Origin: Halodesulfurarchaeum sp.
Lineage (GTDB): Archaea > Halobacteriota > Halobacteria > Halobacteriales > Halobacteriaceae
DNA length: 64,000 bases
Assembly (NCBI GenBank): GCA_034520565.1
Contig: JAXHNL010000002.1
Location: 128,001 to 192,000 of the forward strand
Reading direction: 5' to 3'
Program-made: the position numbers and the translations under genes
The notes under the pieces: model-generated
Seen by the model: only the letters and a program-made list of their open reading frames with translations
Database searches by the model: none
What the model was told of the DNA's origin: nothing
Shown here: positions 1 to 9,886 of the stretch, in pieces
How the letters are laid out: every line of letters begins with the position of its first letter
How positions within the stretch are numbered: position 1 is the first letter of the stretch

Positions 1-1074
1 GACCATGCCGAAGGTGTCCAGTCCGCCGGTCGCGTTGAGCAGCAGGTCCGCCCCCGAATCGAGTCCCGCAGCGAGGTGGTGCATCGACTCGGCGCCACTC
101 TGCTCGTCGATGGCCTTCGCGTCGGTGGCGGCCCCGTGGCCCCGCGACGGAAGCCCGTAGAAGGTAGCCATCTCGATCATCACCCGCTGGAGCGTCGAGC
201 CGGGTATTCCGGCCGAGACCGCCTCGGCATTTCGGTCGTACATGGTGCTCGCCCGACCGAAGACGACCGGCGTCCCCGGATTGACCAGCTGGACGAGCGT
301 CACCCCGAACAGGGATTCGGCCGTGGCCTGGACGGCCGTCTCCGCGAGGGAGTGAGGAGCCGACGCGCCGGGAATCGCCCCCGAGGAGACCACCAACGGT
401 TGCCCCGCACGGGCGTACTGGAGCATTCCGTCCACGATGGGTTCGTTGAACAGCCTCGGCGAACGCAGGCAGAGGATCGCCAACACGGTCGGCTCCGAGA
501 GGGCCGCTTCGTCGAAAGCGATCCGGGCCATTTCGAGTGACGCCGCGGCTTCGCCACCGCTTCGAGCCGAGCCGACGATCGGCTTGTCCGTCCCCGTAAA
601 CAGCCCCTCCAGGAGTTCGTATCCCACCGCGGGTACCTCCAGTCCACCCGGGTTCCCCGGCAGCGAGTACCCCTCGGGACTCGTGAGATCGTAGCCGACG
701 ACGTCGATCTCGGACTCCTCGTGGGCGAGTTTGACGAGCATCTGGAAGTCGTCCATCGTCGCCCGATGGCGGGCCTCGCCGGGTCGTTTCACGTATCGCG
801 GGCCCCGGGTCGGAGCGATGACCGGCTCGCCGGTTCCCACGGTCACGCTCTTTTCGGGATCGCGGGCCCGCCACCGGAACGTTCCCGGGGCTGTGTCGAT
901 CGCCTCTTCGACGAGGTCGGCCCCAATGGTAACCACCTCCCCGTCGACGGTCGCGCCGGCGGCTGCGAGTGTGTCCCGGGCCGTCTCGTGTTCGACCCGC
1001 ATGCCGTGTTCGGAAAGCAGCTCGATTGCACCCTCGTGAACCGTCCGTCGGGCGTCCGATGAGAGAAGGTCCAT
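1..1074 (-). CDS. Trimethylamine methyltransferase (MttB/MTTB) superfamily protein, non-pyrrolysine; 3' end runs off the window
   Basis: Not in the ORF track. Manual translation from ATG 1074: MDLLSSDARRTVHEGAIELLSEHGMRVEH...TLVQLVNPGTPVVFG...YGLPSRGHGAATDAKAIDEQSGAES, collinear with the MttB-family gene at 52554. Confidence 0.85.
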   Translation of the reverse strand, partial: MDLLSSDARRTVHEGAIELLSEHGMRVEHETARDTLAAAGATVDGEVVTIGADLVEEAIDTAPGTFRWRARDPEKSVTVGTGEPVIAPTRGPRYVKRPGEARHRATMDDFQMLVKLAHEESEIDVVGYDLTSPEGYSLPGNPGGLEVPAVGYELLEGLFTGTDKPIVGSARSGGEAAASLEMARIAFDEAALSEPTVLAILCLRSPRLFNEPIVDGMLQYARAGQPLVVSSGAIPGASAPHSLAETAVQATAESLFGVTLVQLVNPGTPVVFGRASTMYDRNAEAVSAGIPGSTLQRVMIEMATFYGLPSRGHGAATDAKAIDEQSGAESMHHLAAGLDSGADLLLNATGGLDTFGMV

Positions 1075-1113
1075 GCCCCATCCCAGGCGAGCATCGGACA
1101 AGGGTTTTCGGGC

Positions 1114-1431
1114 CTATTTCTGGACGCGGCTTTTAACCCGTTCGACGAGCATCCGGCTCTCACAATCCGGGCAAGACCAGCTGCCAGTCGGACCGAAACC
1201 CATCTCGCCCCAGGCGACCGTTTCGTAGCCACACCGGGGACACTGGAGCTCCCATTCGCCGGGTTCCCACTCCGCGTCCGGGACGTATTCCAGACGAATC
1301 GAGCGGAGACAACCGCCAAAATCACCCTGGCATTGCGTGTTCCCGAGCGTCTGAGGCGGGTCAGACGGGTCGACGTTCCGAACCGGTTGGCGGGTTCCAC
1401 AGACCGGGCACGCATAGACCGGGAGACTCAC
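1114..1431 (-). CDS. Small Cys-rich zinc-ribbon protein
   Basis: CPVC, CxxxxxxC, CPRC and CPDC motifs in 105 aa; start overlaps the stop of the upstream vWA gene (ATGA-type GTGA overlap). Confidence 0.7.
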   Translation of the reverse strand: MSLPVYACPVCGTRQPVRNVDPSDPPQTLGNTQCQGDFGGCLRSIRLEYVPDAEWEPGEWELQCPRCGYETVAWGEMGFGPTGSWSCPDCESRMLVERVKSRVQK

Positions 1432-3335
1432 TCGAAAAGCACCTCCTGGACGAGCTGTCGAAGGGCCCGACGGAGCTGTTCGGTCTCGGGCGGGACGGTC
1501 ACCTGCCGGTGGAACTCGCTTTCCCCGGCAGCCTCGTCGGTCGTGAGATTGACGCCGAGGACTGGAACGGTGAAACGGTTCAGCGCCTCGCGGTAGCGAT
1601 CGGGCTCGGAGGGCCGGCCGTCGGTGACGACGATCACGAACCGATTCCCGTCGGCTCGCTTGAGATACTCCCGGGCGATGTGCAGGGTGTCCGTGAGCGG
1701 CGTTCCACCGCCGACGTCGCCGTGATACAGCCGGCCGGCCGCCCGGTCGACGCTCCGATCGACTGGCTTTGCAAGCCGGACCTCCTTATCGAGGAGTTCG
1801 AGCACGGAGACGTCCACGTCGACTGCTTCGAGGGCCACCGCGAGCATCCCCATCGCCTGTTCGGCAACGCGGACGTGCTGACGCATGCTCCCGGAGCGGT
1901 CGAGCACGAACAGACACCGATGTTCGGTTTCGTCCGGCCGCTCCCGTCGCTGTTTCACCCGTCGGTCGCCGGTCGCGTGTCGGTGGAGTGCGGCCGGGTC
2001 GAGGCGGCCGCGGCGCGTGTTTCGCTGGATCGATCGCTTTCGCTGCTTCTGGAAGCGGTTTTTCAGCACGCGTGCGAGTCGGGTCCCATCCGCCTCGGCG
2101 GCCGCCCGGGTCGGTTCGTGGGGCACGGGATCGTCGGTCGGAATCACGACCCCGTCGCTCTCGAGTTCCGTTTCGGCAGCCGAGACGGCTGCCTGGAGGT
2201 CCTCGAGGGATTCTCGCCGTTCGTCGATCGACCGACCCTGTCGACGTTGGGCCTCGATCTCGGCGGCGAGGTCCGTCGAAAGCTGCTCGTCGAGTGGTGA
2301 TTCGTCACCTGATTCCGCCCCCTCCGAACGGTCGTCCGAACCGGATGAACCGTTCTGCTGCAGTTCGACCTGGTCTCCCGCTGTCGAATCAGCGGGTCGG
2401 TTCCGATCGGCGCGCTCGGCCCCGTCACCGCCGATTTCGATGGCCGGAAGCGGCTCCGTCTCCGTCGAAAGCGGCCCGTGGCTGGCGTCGTCCGGCATCC
2501 CCCAGTGGTTCCCGGCCCAGGCGGCGACCTGCGCGCGGCCGTCGGCGTCGGCTTCGGCGATGACCCCCCGGATCTCGTCGAAACACTCGATTGCGAGCCG
2601 GTTCCGTTCGGTCGGATCGGTCACGCCGGCACGGCTCCGTTTCGTCTCCTCGATCGCCGGCAGGACCGTCGATTCGAAGCGCTCCCGGTCGGCGTCGGTG
2701 TGGAAGTGGTGGCGGTCGGTGGCTGAGTCCAGCAGCTCCGAAAGCGGCCCCGACTCGATCACCGTCCCGTCCATGACCGCGAGCACCGCCGCCTGCGCCA
2801 TGGGGTAGACGAATCCGCCATCCGGATCCGGAATACCGGGTCCGGTAGCCACGAGCAGGTTCCGCCGAACCGTCCGGATCCACTCGCCGTAATTCGGCCA
2901 TCGGTCGCGAATCGTCGCCTCGATTGCGGCGTCCTCGAAGGCGTTCCAGAGCGCCGCGGCGACCGGTCGGTACCCCGCAGCGATCTGTTCGAGTCGATCG
3001 TCCAAGTCGGCAAAGTCGGTGTACTCGAGATGGGTGAGTTCGTGGAGCACCCAGACCCGCTGGACGAGCAGGTGATACTCCCGCTCGGGGTACGCGGTCA
3101 CCGGCTGGAGAACTGGGTCCCCGGAGAGTGTCACGGTCGGTGTGCCATCGGCCACGGTGAGGGTCGCCGGCGGAAACCCCGACTCGATCCTGACCACGAG
3201 GTCCCAGCGACCGGTCCTGATCCGGGCGTCCCGCTGGAGGCGATCGGCCCGGGCCTCGCTTTCTCGCAGCGACGCCGTCTCGGCGTCGAGGTGGGCCGAC
3301 ACGGCCTCGGGGTCGGTCGAGCTGTCGATGTGCAT
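1428..3335 (-). CDS. vWA-domain protein with N-terminal HExxH domain (CobT/NorD-like MoxR partner)
   Basis: LHELTH...NAFEDAAIE N-terminal domain, acidic linker, GRLD, MIDAS DRSGS, GGGTP, VVTDG. Confidence 0.8.
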   Translation of the reverse strand: MHIDSSTDPEAVSAHLDAETASLRESEARADRLQRDARIRTGRWDLVVRIESGFPPATLTVADGTPTVTLSGDPVLQPVTAYPEREYHLLVQRVWVLHELTHLEYTDFADLDDRLEQIAAGYRPVAAALWNAFEDAAIEATIRDRWPNYGEWIRTVRRNLLVATGPGIPDPDGGFVYPMAQAAVLAVMDGTVIESGPLSELLDSATDRHHFHTDADRERFESTVLPAIEETKRSRAGVTDPTERNRLAIECFDEIRGVIAEADADGRAQVAAWAGNHWGMPDDASHGPLSTETEPLPAIEIGGDGAERADRNRPADSTAGDQVELQQNGSSGSDDRSEGAESGDESPLDEQLSTDLAAEIEAQRRQGRSIDERRESLEDLQAAVSAAETELESDGVVIPTDDPVPHEPTRAAAEADGTRLARVLKNRFQKQRKRSIQRNTRRGRLDPAALHRHATGDRRVKQRRERPDETEHRCLFVLDRSGSMRQHVRVAEQAMGMLAVALEAVDVDVSVLELLDKEVRLAKPVDRSVDRAAGRLYHGDVGGGTPLTDTLHIAREYLKRADGNRFVIVVTDGRPSEPDRYREALNRFTVPVLGVNLTTDEAAGESEFHRQVTVPPETEQLRRALRQLVQEVLFE

Positions 3336-3336
3336 C

Positions 3337-4374
3337 TCAGAGTTCGGCGGTGATGGTGTCCCGAATCGTGGCTTTGTCGAGTTTGAGCGTGGCGTGGCCC
3401 ACGAGCACGAGGCGAGCGGCCTCGGCGATCGGCATGAACTCCTCCGCGGACCCGGCCATCTCGACCACCTTCAGGAGTTCCCGGTGGCTGATCGGCGTCT
3501 CGAGCTCGTCCCGGCGGTGGGCCTCGCGGAGGCGCTCGGCGACGGCCGTGAGGCGCTTGGCCGTCTCCGGATCGACGCCCGTCTCCTCGATCAACAGGTC
3601 GGCTTCCTCCTCGGGCGGCAGGTACTCGACCGGCAGGACGACGAATCGCGAGCGGAAGGCGTCGTTCATCTCGCTCGTCCCGGCATACGAGAGCGGGTTT
3701 GCGGTGCCGACGAAGCGGAAAGCGGGATGGATGTACCGACCGAGGTGTTTCTCGGGGTCCCACTCGGTGTCCGGTGGAAGGTCAGTCAGCGTTCGACCGG
3801 TCCCCCTGAGATTGAGTCGCCGACGGCCGGCCTCCTCGCAGATGGCGTGGAGATGCGAGGTGATGTCCCCCTCGGCCATGTTGATCTCGTCGGCGACGAA
3901 GATCCACCCGAAAAGCGCCGCCTTCGCGAGTTCGCCGAGCACGTAGACGGTATCCCCGCCGACGAGGTCCTTCTCCCCGATGAGGTCGAAAACGGTGGTA
4001 TCGGCTCCGAAGTTCATTCGGGTGACCGGCCGATTCGTCTCGCTTGCGAGGGTCAAAACGGCCGTGTTCTTCCCGGTCCCGGCCTCGCCCTCGAGGAGGA
4101 CAGGCTTGTCCAGTTCACCCAGCGCGCGGGCGATGATCTCCTCGGAGTCGCGGCCGCCAGTCATCGCCGTGGGATGGTAGGCCGTCCGAACCGTCGGCAC
4201 CTGCTGGGGGCCCGGCTCGTGGACCGGGAGTCCGTAGTAGGTCGAATCCGTCGGCGGGCCGACGAGGTGGGAGGCGGGATCGACCGTAACGCGGATCCCG
4301 GCGAGATCGTGGTACTCGGCCGGCCGGCGGGCCAGTTCCGAGTCCGACTGCTCACCCGGGGTCTCCCGGGTCAT
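3337..4374 (-). CDS. MoxR-family AAA+ ATPase (CbbQ/NirQ/CobS-like)
   Basis: Walker A GEAGTGKN, Walker B FVADEIN, GTANP.SYAG, AFRSRF; start placed at MTRETPG. Confidence 0.85.
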   Translation of the reverse strand: MTRETPGEQSDSELARRPAEYHDLAGIRVTVDPASHLVGPPTDSTYYGLPVHEPGPQQVPTVRTAYHPTAMTGGRDSEEIIARALGELDKPVLLEGEAGTGKNTAVLTLASETNRPVTRMNFGADTTVFDLIGEKDLVGGDTVYVLGELAKAALFGWIFVADEINMAEGDITSHLHAICEEAGRRRLNLRGTGRTLTDLPPDTEWDPEKHLGRYIHPAFRFVGTANPLSYAGTSEMNDAFRSRFVVLPVEYLPPEEEADLLIEETGVDPETAKRLTAVAERLREAHRRDELETPISHRELLKVVEMAGSAEEFMPIAEAARLVLVGHATLKLDKATIRDTITAEL

Positions 4375-4553
4375 CGGTTCCTCCGGACCCGTAAAGCGGT
4401 CGCTGGCGCCCGTTCCCGCAGATCGGTGTCGTATCGCGGCGATCCGGCCATCGAAATCACGTATACCGGATCTTGGCGCCCACGGATAGAAAGCCTTCGA
4501 CCGGCCGGTGTGTCGTTCGACCCGCTCACCACGTCGACCACCTGCGAATCGCC

Positions 4554-5300
4554 CTAGAGCCGCTTGTTCCACTCGTCGGTCCGGAACTGCGAGTCGGCCA
4601 ACGCTCGCGCCCGCTCAAGGGTCGCTTCCTCGTAGGAGCCCTCGCGGGTGCCGTAGGTCGAATCGAGGGCGTCGATGAGCGACCCGATGATCGCCTCCCG
4701 CGAGCCCTCGACGTGGTCGGTGATCCGGGCGACCCGCTTCTCGGCGGACTTGACGGCCTTGTCCGAGACCTTCTCCTCGCCGATCCGCAGGGCCTTGAGC
4801 ATCCCCGCGATGTCGACGCTATAGCTCATGGTCGTGTGGTGTAACACCGCGTCACCGGACCGGAGTTGGGCCGAGCCGCCGATCTTGCCCTCGGCGTGAC
4901 TGATGTCGTTGAGCGGCTCGTGATACGCCGCGAGCCCGGCCCGTTCGAGGCCGTCGAGCACCCACTCGTCGAGTTTCTCGTAGCTCTCCTCGATGTCGTC
5001 GGGAACGTCCTCGCGGCGGAAGTACATCGAGTAGGTGATGACGTCCCCCGGCTCCGCGAACATCGCCCCGCCGCCGGTGATCCGTCGAACGACGTCGATA
5101 CCATGGCTTTCGACGTAGTCGGTCGCGACCTCGTCCTCGTAGGCCTGAAATCGGCCGAGGGGAATCGCTGGACTGGTCCGGTACCAGAACCGGACCGTCG
5201 GCTCGATTTCGTCCGCGGCGAGCCGATCGAGGAGGACTTGATCGAGGGCGTGATGCATCGGTTCGTCGAACTCGCCCTCGTCGATCAGCCGGACCGTCAT
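4554..5300 (-). CDS. lplA: Lipoate-protein ligase A, catalytic domain
   Basis: VVRRITGGGAMF, ND, KIGGSAQ, LHHTTM motifs. Confidence 0.85.
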   Translation of the reverse strand: MTVRLIDEGEFDEPMHHALDQVLLDRLAADEIEPTVRFWYRTSPAIPLGRFQAYEDEVATDYVESHGIDVVRRITGGGAMFAEPGDVITYSMYFRREDVPDDIEESYEKLDEWVLDGLERAGLAAYHEPLNDISHAEGKIGGSAQLRSGDAVLHHTTMSYSVDIAGMLKALRIGEEKVSDKAVKSAEKRVARITDHVEGSREAIIGSLIDALDSTYGTREGSYEEATLERARALADSQFRTDEWNKRL

Positions 5301-5566
5301 TCCAGGGCCTCCACGGTCACGGTCGCCAGGTCCGCTGCGTCGAAGCCGATGAGTTGGGCGTCGACGGCCTCGATCTCGGCCTGGAGGTCCGGAGTCGAGA
5401 TATCCACGGAATGGCCCTCGATCGCGGCCTCGAGGTCGGCCAGGGCCTCGGGCGGTTCGAGGAAGAAGTCCCCCGTGATCGCGACGTCCTCGATCGTCTC
5501 CTCGTAGGTCACCTCGACTCTGACGAGTTTGCCATCGGGTACCTTGACGGACTCGGTCGCCTGCAT
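5297..5566 (-). CDS. Lipoate-protein ligase accessory (C-terminal) domain, LplB-like
   Basis: KVPDGKLVRV...ITGDFFLEPPEAL; overlaps the lplA start. Confidence 0.8.
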   Translation of the reverse strand: MQATESVKVPDGKLVRVEVTYEETIEDVAITGDFFLEPPEALADLEAAIEGHSVDISTPDLQAEIEAVDAQLIGFDAADLATVTVEALE

Positions 5567-5712
5567 ACTACTGGTCACGGGCTGGCAATTCTTGTACCCG
5601 CCGATCCCGGAAGCGACCGACCGTGCAGTCGGCTGGCCGTGGTGTGACAGTTGATGTCCCACGAATCGCCGCCACCGGAGGATTCATCCCGGAGAACCAC
5701 GGATGCTCGAAC

Positions 5713-5952
5713 ATGCCGGAATCGGAAGTGACGTTGCCGGACCGAGTCACGAGTGACATCGACCGTTTCGTCGAATCGGGGGAGTTCCTGAACTGGGACC
5801 AGGCCGTCGAGGAGCTGCTCACTCTCGGCCTGTCGGCCTACCAGTCCGAGGAGTCGGTCGGACAGGAGGAATCGGTGTTCACCGGGACCGTCGACGACCA
5901 GCAGGACCCCGCGATCGCGGACGACGATCCGGGTTCGGATCGGATGTACTGA
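5713..5952 (+). CDS. Small ribbon-helix-helix (CopG-like) haloarchaeal protein
   Basis: EVTLPDRVTSDIDRFVESGEFLNWDQAVEELL pattern with acidic tail. Confidence 0.65.
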   Translation: MPESEVTLPDRVTSDIDRFVESGEFLNWDQAVEELLTLGLSAYQSEESVGQEESVFTGTVDDQQDPAIADDDPGSDRMY

Positions 5953-5972
5953 ATCGGGAGCGTTCGACCGTT

Positions 5973-6299
5973 TTAGGCGATCGAGACGGTCTCATCCGCC
6001 GACTCGATCAGTGACACCAGTTCGTCCATTTTCGCCCGGGGCCGCAGGTCGTCGGCTTCCATGTCCCGATGGTCAAGACAGCGATCGCAGGCCAGGAGTT
6101 CGCCGCCATCCATCTGGAATTTCCGGATGATTCCGTGCGGGTTCACGTCGTCCCCGGCGGGCTGGTCCGGCGCCTCGACGCCGTCCCCGAGGAGGTAGGC
6201 GGTGACGTCGTGACCGGCCTCGAGGGCCGAATTGCCGAGGTGAAAGCCGTTCCAGACGGGGCCGGGTTCCTTCGTTTCGACGATCAGACAGAGGTGCAT
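5973..6299 (-). CDS. DsrE/DsrF-like family protein
   Basis: AYLLGDGVE, LLACDRCLDHR, ADETVS; 108 aa. Confidence 0.8.
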   Translation of the reverse strand: MHLCLIVETKEPGPVWNGFHLGNSALEAGHDVTAYLLGDGVEAPDQPAGDDVNPHGIIRKFQMDGGELLACDRCLDHRDMEADDLRPRAKMDELVSLIESADETVSIA

Positions 6300-6370
6300 A
6301 GAGAATCGACACGGCCCAGGTCAAAGATAGAATCGGTCGGGGCAACGGCGTCTGGCTCCTCACCGTCCCG

Positions 6371-6745
6371 TTACCGTTCCAGTTCGCGGTCGATCTCGTC
6401 CGGCTCCGGGTTGGCAATCTCGGTTTCGAGGAGCCGCTCCAGTTTGCGTTCGAACTCGTCGTCGGTCAGTTCCCCGGCCGCATACCGGTTCTTCAGCGTC
6501 TCGACCGCGTCATCCTCGGTCTCTGCTTCCGGCACGTCGACCTCCTCGTCCTCCCACCACTCGGCGATGGTTTCCTGATCGCCGAAGGCAAGGGCCGTAA
6601 GCGGCACAACGACGATGTATCCGAGCAGCGTGAACGGAAGCCACCGATCCAGGCCCGTGAACAGGGCCCCCAACCAGACGCCGGTCACCACCACGGAAAC
6701 CACCTGAGTCAGGTTCTCCCGAAGGCGCTCCACCGGTCGGCTCAT
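6371..6745 (-). CDS. Membrane protein with C-terminal SHOCT domain
   Basis: Two hydrophobic helices, then LKNRYAAGELTDDEFERKLERL. Confidence 0.8.
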   Translation of the reverse strand: MSRPVERLRENLTQVVSVVVTGVWLGALFTGLDRWLPFTLLGYIVVVPLTALAFGDQETIAEWWEDEEVDVPEAETEDDAVETLKNRYAAGELTDDEFERKLERLLETEIANPEPDEIDRELER

Positions 6746-6775
6746 ACCCGAACTTCACGGAGGCGGGCCGTAAAA

Positions 6776-8077
6776 TTACGGGGATTTCGTCGCCGCCTCG
6801 ATCGCCCGCTCGAGGTCCACAATAATGTCCGCCGGATCCTCCAGGCCCACGGAGAGCCGGATCATGTCGGGTTCCACGCCCGCGTCCGCGAGTTCACTCT
6901 CCGAGAGCTGCTGGTGGGTCGTCGAGGCGGGGTGAATGATGAGGGTCTTCGCGTCGCCGACGTTGGCGAGCAAACTCGCGAGTTCGGTCGACTCGACGAC
7001 CGTCTGAGCCTCGTCGTAGCCGCCCTCGATCCCGAAGGTGAGCATGCCGCCGTAGCCGCCATCGAGGTACGTTTCGGCGTTCTCGGCGGTTTCGTGGCTG
7101 TCCAAGCCGGGGTAGTTGATCCACTCGACGGCCTCGTGGTCCGCGAGGTACTCCGCGACGATGGCGGCGTTCTCGGAGTGACGAGCCATTCGGAGCGGGA
7201 AACTCTCGAGTTTCTGGAGGGTGACCCAGGCGTCGAAGGGGGACTGCTGGTTCCCCAGGTCGCGGAGGCCCCGAGCAATCGCGGCGTAGGTGAAGGCGGC
7301 GTCGCCGAACCGGTCGGCGAAGTTGACGCCGTGGTAGGCCGGGTTTTCGCCCCCAATTTCGGGATACTTCTCGGCGTGTTCCTTCCAGGGGAACGTCCCG
7401 GCGTCGACGATGACCCCACCGACGGTCGAGCCGGCCCCGTGGAGCCACTTCGTCGTGGAGTTCCAGACGAGGTCTGCGCCGTACTCGATCGGGTTGCAGA
7501 GATACGGCGTCGCGAAGGTGTTGTCCACGAGCAGCGGCGTGTCGTTCTCGTGAGCGATGTCGGCGATCCGCTCGATATCCGGGGTGATCAGGGCGGGATT
7601 GCCGATCGTCTCGATCAGGACGTAGGCGGTGTCCGCGTCGATCGCTTCGCGATACTGGTCGTCCTCGAGCGTGTCGACGAACCGCGTGTCGATGCCCCGC
7701 CGGGGGGCGGTGTGATTCAAATAGGTGTGTGTCCCGCCGTACAGCGAGGAGGCGGCGACGATGTTGTCCCCGGATTCGGCGAGCAGGAAGGTCGTGAGAT
7801 CCAGCGCGGCCATTCCCGAGCCGGTTACCGTCGCGCCGACGCCACCCTCGAGTGAGGCAAGCCGCTCCTGGAGGGTCTCGACGGTCGGATTCATCAACCG
7901 CGAGTACACGTAGCCCGGTTTTTCGAGGGCGAACTGGGCGGCCGCGTCTTCCGCGTCTTCGAACTCGTAGGAGGTCGTCTGGTAGATCGGCGGTGCGCGC
8001 GAACCGGTGGCCGAATCGGACTCCTGGCCCGCGTGAATCGATCGGGTGTAGATCCCGTGGTCGTCTGGTCCTGTCAT
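6776..8077 (-). CDS. metY: O-acetylhomoserine aminocarboxypropyltransferase (sulfhydrylase)
   Basis: PIYQTTSY, YSRLMNPT, DNTFATP, STTKW (PLP Lys), LANVGDAKTLIIHPASTTHQQL. Confidence 0.9.
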   Translation of the reverse strand: MTGPDDHGIYTRSIHAGQESDSATGSRAPPIYQTTSYEFEDAEDAAAQFALEKPGYVYSRLMNPTVETLQERLASLEGGVGATVTGSGMAALDLTTFLLAESGDNIVAASSLYGGTHTYLNHTAPRRGIDTRFVDTLEDDQYREAIDADTAYVLIETIGNPALITPDIERIADIAHENDTPLLVDNTFATPYLCNPIEYGADLVWNSTTKWLHGAGSTVGGVIVDAGTFPWKEHAEKYPEIGGENPAYHGVNFADRFGDAAFTYAAIARGLRDLGNQQSPFDAWVTLQKLESFPLRMARHSENAAIVAEYLADHEAVEWINYPGLDSHETAENAETYLDGGYGGMLTFGIEGGYDEAQTVVESTELASLLANVGDAKTLIIHPASTTHQQLSESELADAGVEPDMIRLSVGLEDPADIIVDLERAIEAATKSP

Positions 8078-8849
8078 CAGTTCGGAAAAGCGGAGACCGA
8101 TGTATAAACCTGACGAATAAAGTTCGTTAGATATATGTTCAATAGTAATATATCTGCGCCGGGTCGTTCCATTCACGACCGGCCAGCTCGATCACGGCCG
8201 GCCAGTGGGGGAATCACCCGTGAGGACCTGATTCCGACGATCAAGTTCGCGGAGAATCCGAACAATCGATTCCGAACTCTTTTCGTCATTCGTCGATGTA
8301 AAACGCGGAAAATCGGACGGCACACCCGCCCCGAAGCGAGGGCCGACCGTAGACACTCCGGTACCAAATAGGGGTTTGCGGCGAAGTATTACCAGTTCAA
8401 TAAAATGTTAGTTTCTCGGACTTTCGGGAGGTCGTCGGTCCATGGCAGCGTTTCACAACTCGACATGAAAGGGCCTGTCGAACACAACTCCCTTGTGAAC
8501 GAAAACGGAACAAAAACACCACATAGTAGCCATATAGACCCAAGAAACAAGTGCTATACTGCCCGACCAAATGATTCTGGAACGACAATTCGACGGATTC
8601 GTCGTCGGATATTCAATAATTTCATGTCCCCACCCACAAAAGACGAAACCCGACTGCGTAGTACTACAATTCCTTTGTTATTGATGTGTTTTCAATCGTT
8701 TATATTCGTTACACTCCAAACAAGCGGCGACGCTGGCATTCTCATCGGTCTCTGTCGACCAACGTTTTTCGATAATTGACGATGATCCCCGAGCGGGTGG
8801 ACGGCACGTCGAAACCAGTTACAACGCAAGTCGAGTCCCCGGAGATCAG

Positions 8850-9350
8850 CTACGAGTTGCGCACGCCGTCGGCCGTGTCAGTACGGTCGGGCGACAGTTG
8901 GCCCTGAGCCATGCAGCTGTCCTCCCAGACGCGATCGTTACAGCGGTGCTTGCAATCGAGCCCCACGAATTCCCTGGCGCGCTCGAGCACTTCGGCCGGG
9001 AGGGCGAAGCTCGCCTCGTAACTTTCCGTTCCCGGTATCTCGACGTCCAGTGTCGACTCGACGAACCGAACGAAGACACACTGTCGCCACTGGAGATGCC
9101 GGGCCATCGAGGCCCCCTTCCGGGTAAGGGAAATCCCGCCGTATGGCTCGTGATCGACGTAACCGGCATCCGCCAGGTGGTTCGTCATTTCGGTCACGCT
9201 GGCCGGGCTGACGTCGAGTCGGTTGGCGATGTGGCTCGGCCGGACCTCGTCCGTCGGCCCATCCACCGAGAGGAGGATGGACCGGAGGTACCGGCCGGCG
9301 TTCCGGTTCGGAAGCTCCTGGACCGGCTCCGGATGATCTGTCAGTCCCAT
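8850..9350 (-). CDS. DtxR/MntR-like metal-dependent transcriptional regulator
   Basis: YLRSI...IANRLDVSPASVTEM...GYVDHEPYGGISLTRKG. Confidence 0.8.
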   Translation of the reverse strand: MGLTDHPEPVQELPNRNAGRYLRSILLSVDGPTDEVRPSHIANRLDVSPASVTEMTNHLADAGYVDHEPYGGISLTRKGASMARHLQWRQCVFVRFVESTLDVEIPGTESYEASFALPAEVLERAREFVGLDCKHRCNDRVWEDSCMAQGQLSPDRTDTADGVRNS

Positions 9351-9353
9351 CGG

Positions 9354-9704
9354 TCAGGTCCCCTCGGCGTCGGTCCGCCAGTACACCCGGGTGCCACCGA
9401 CTTTGCGACGATCAAGCCGATCGGCATCACAGAGATCGTTGAGTTTGCGTCGAGCCCCCTCCGTGGTGCTGTCGAAGTGGGCTGCCACGTCGGTCGTGGC
9501 GATTACCGGCCCTGGCACGCGGTCGAGCAGGTCGAATATCTCCTCCTCGCTCATCCGCTCGACGTACTGGCCGCGTTCGTTTCGTCGCCTCGACCGGTCG
9601 TCACCAGCTCGGCGACGCTTGTTGCCCGTCTTCCCGCCCCTGTGGCCCGTGGAACTGGACTCGGTGTCCGCCCGGGAACCGCCGTGACCCTGCTTTCGGG
9701 ACAT
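9354..9704 (-). CDS. Small winged-helix DNA-binding protein
   Basis: TTDVAAHFDSTTEGARRKLNDL...RKVGGTRVYW; start uncertain. Confidence 0.6.
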   Translation of the reverse strand: MSRKQGHGGSRADTESSSTGHRGGKTGNKRRRAGDDRSRRRNERGQYVERMSEEEIFDLLDRVPGPVIATTDVAAHFDSTTEGARRKLNDLCDADRLDRRKVGGTRVYWRTDAEGT

Positions 9705-9886
9705 ACCTCACACTCTACGGCCGTCGAAGTTAACCGTTTTGGAGGTTCCAAGTGGGTGGGACCAACCGGGGAATCCACGGACCGATTGGGGAACGCTTTT
9801 GCAACCGGGAGACCAATATGAAGGCTGTAAAGAGACAGCTCGGGAGCGGACCGATTCCCGATCAGTCTCGTCTCCCCGAGACATCC

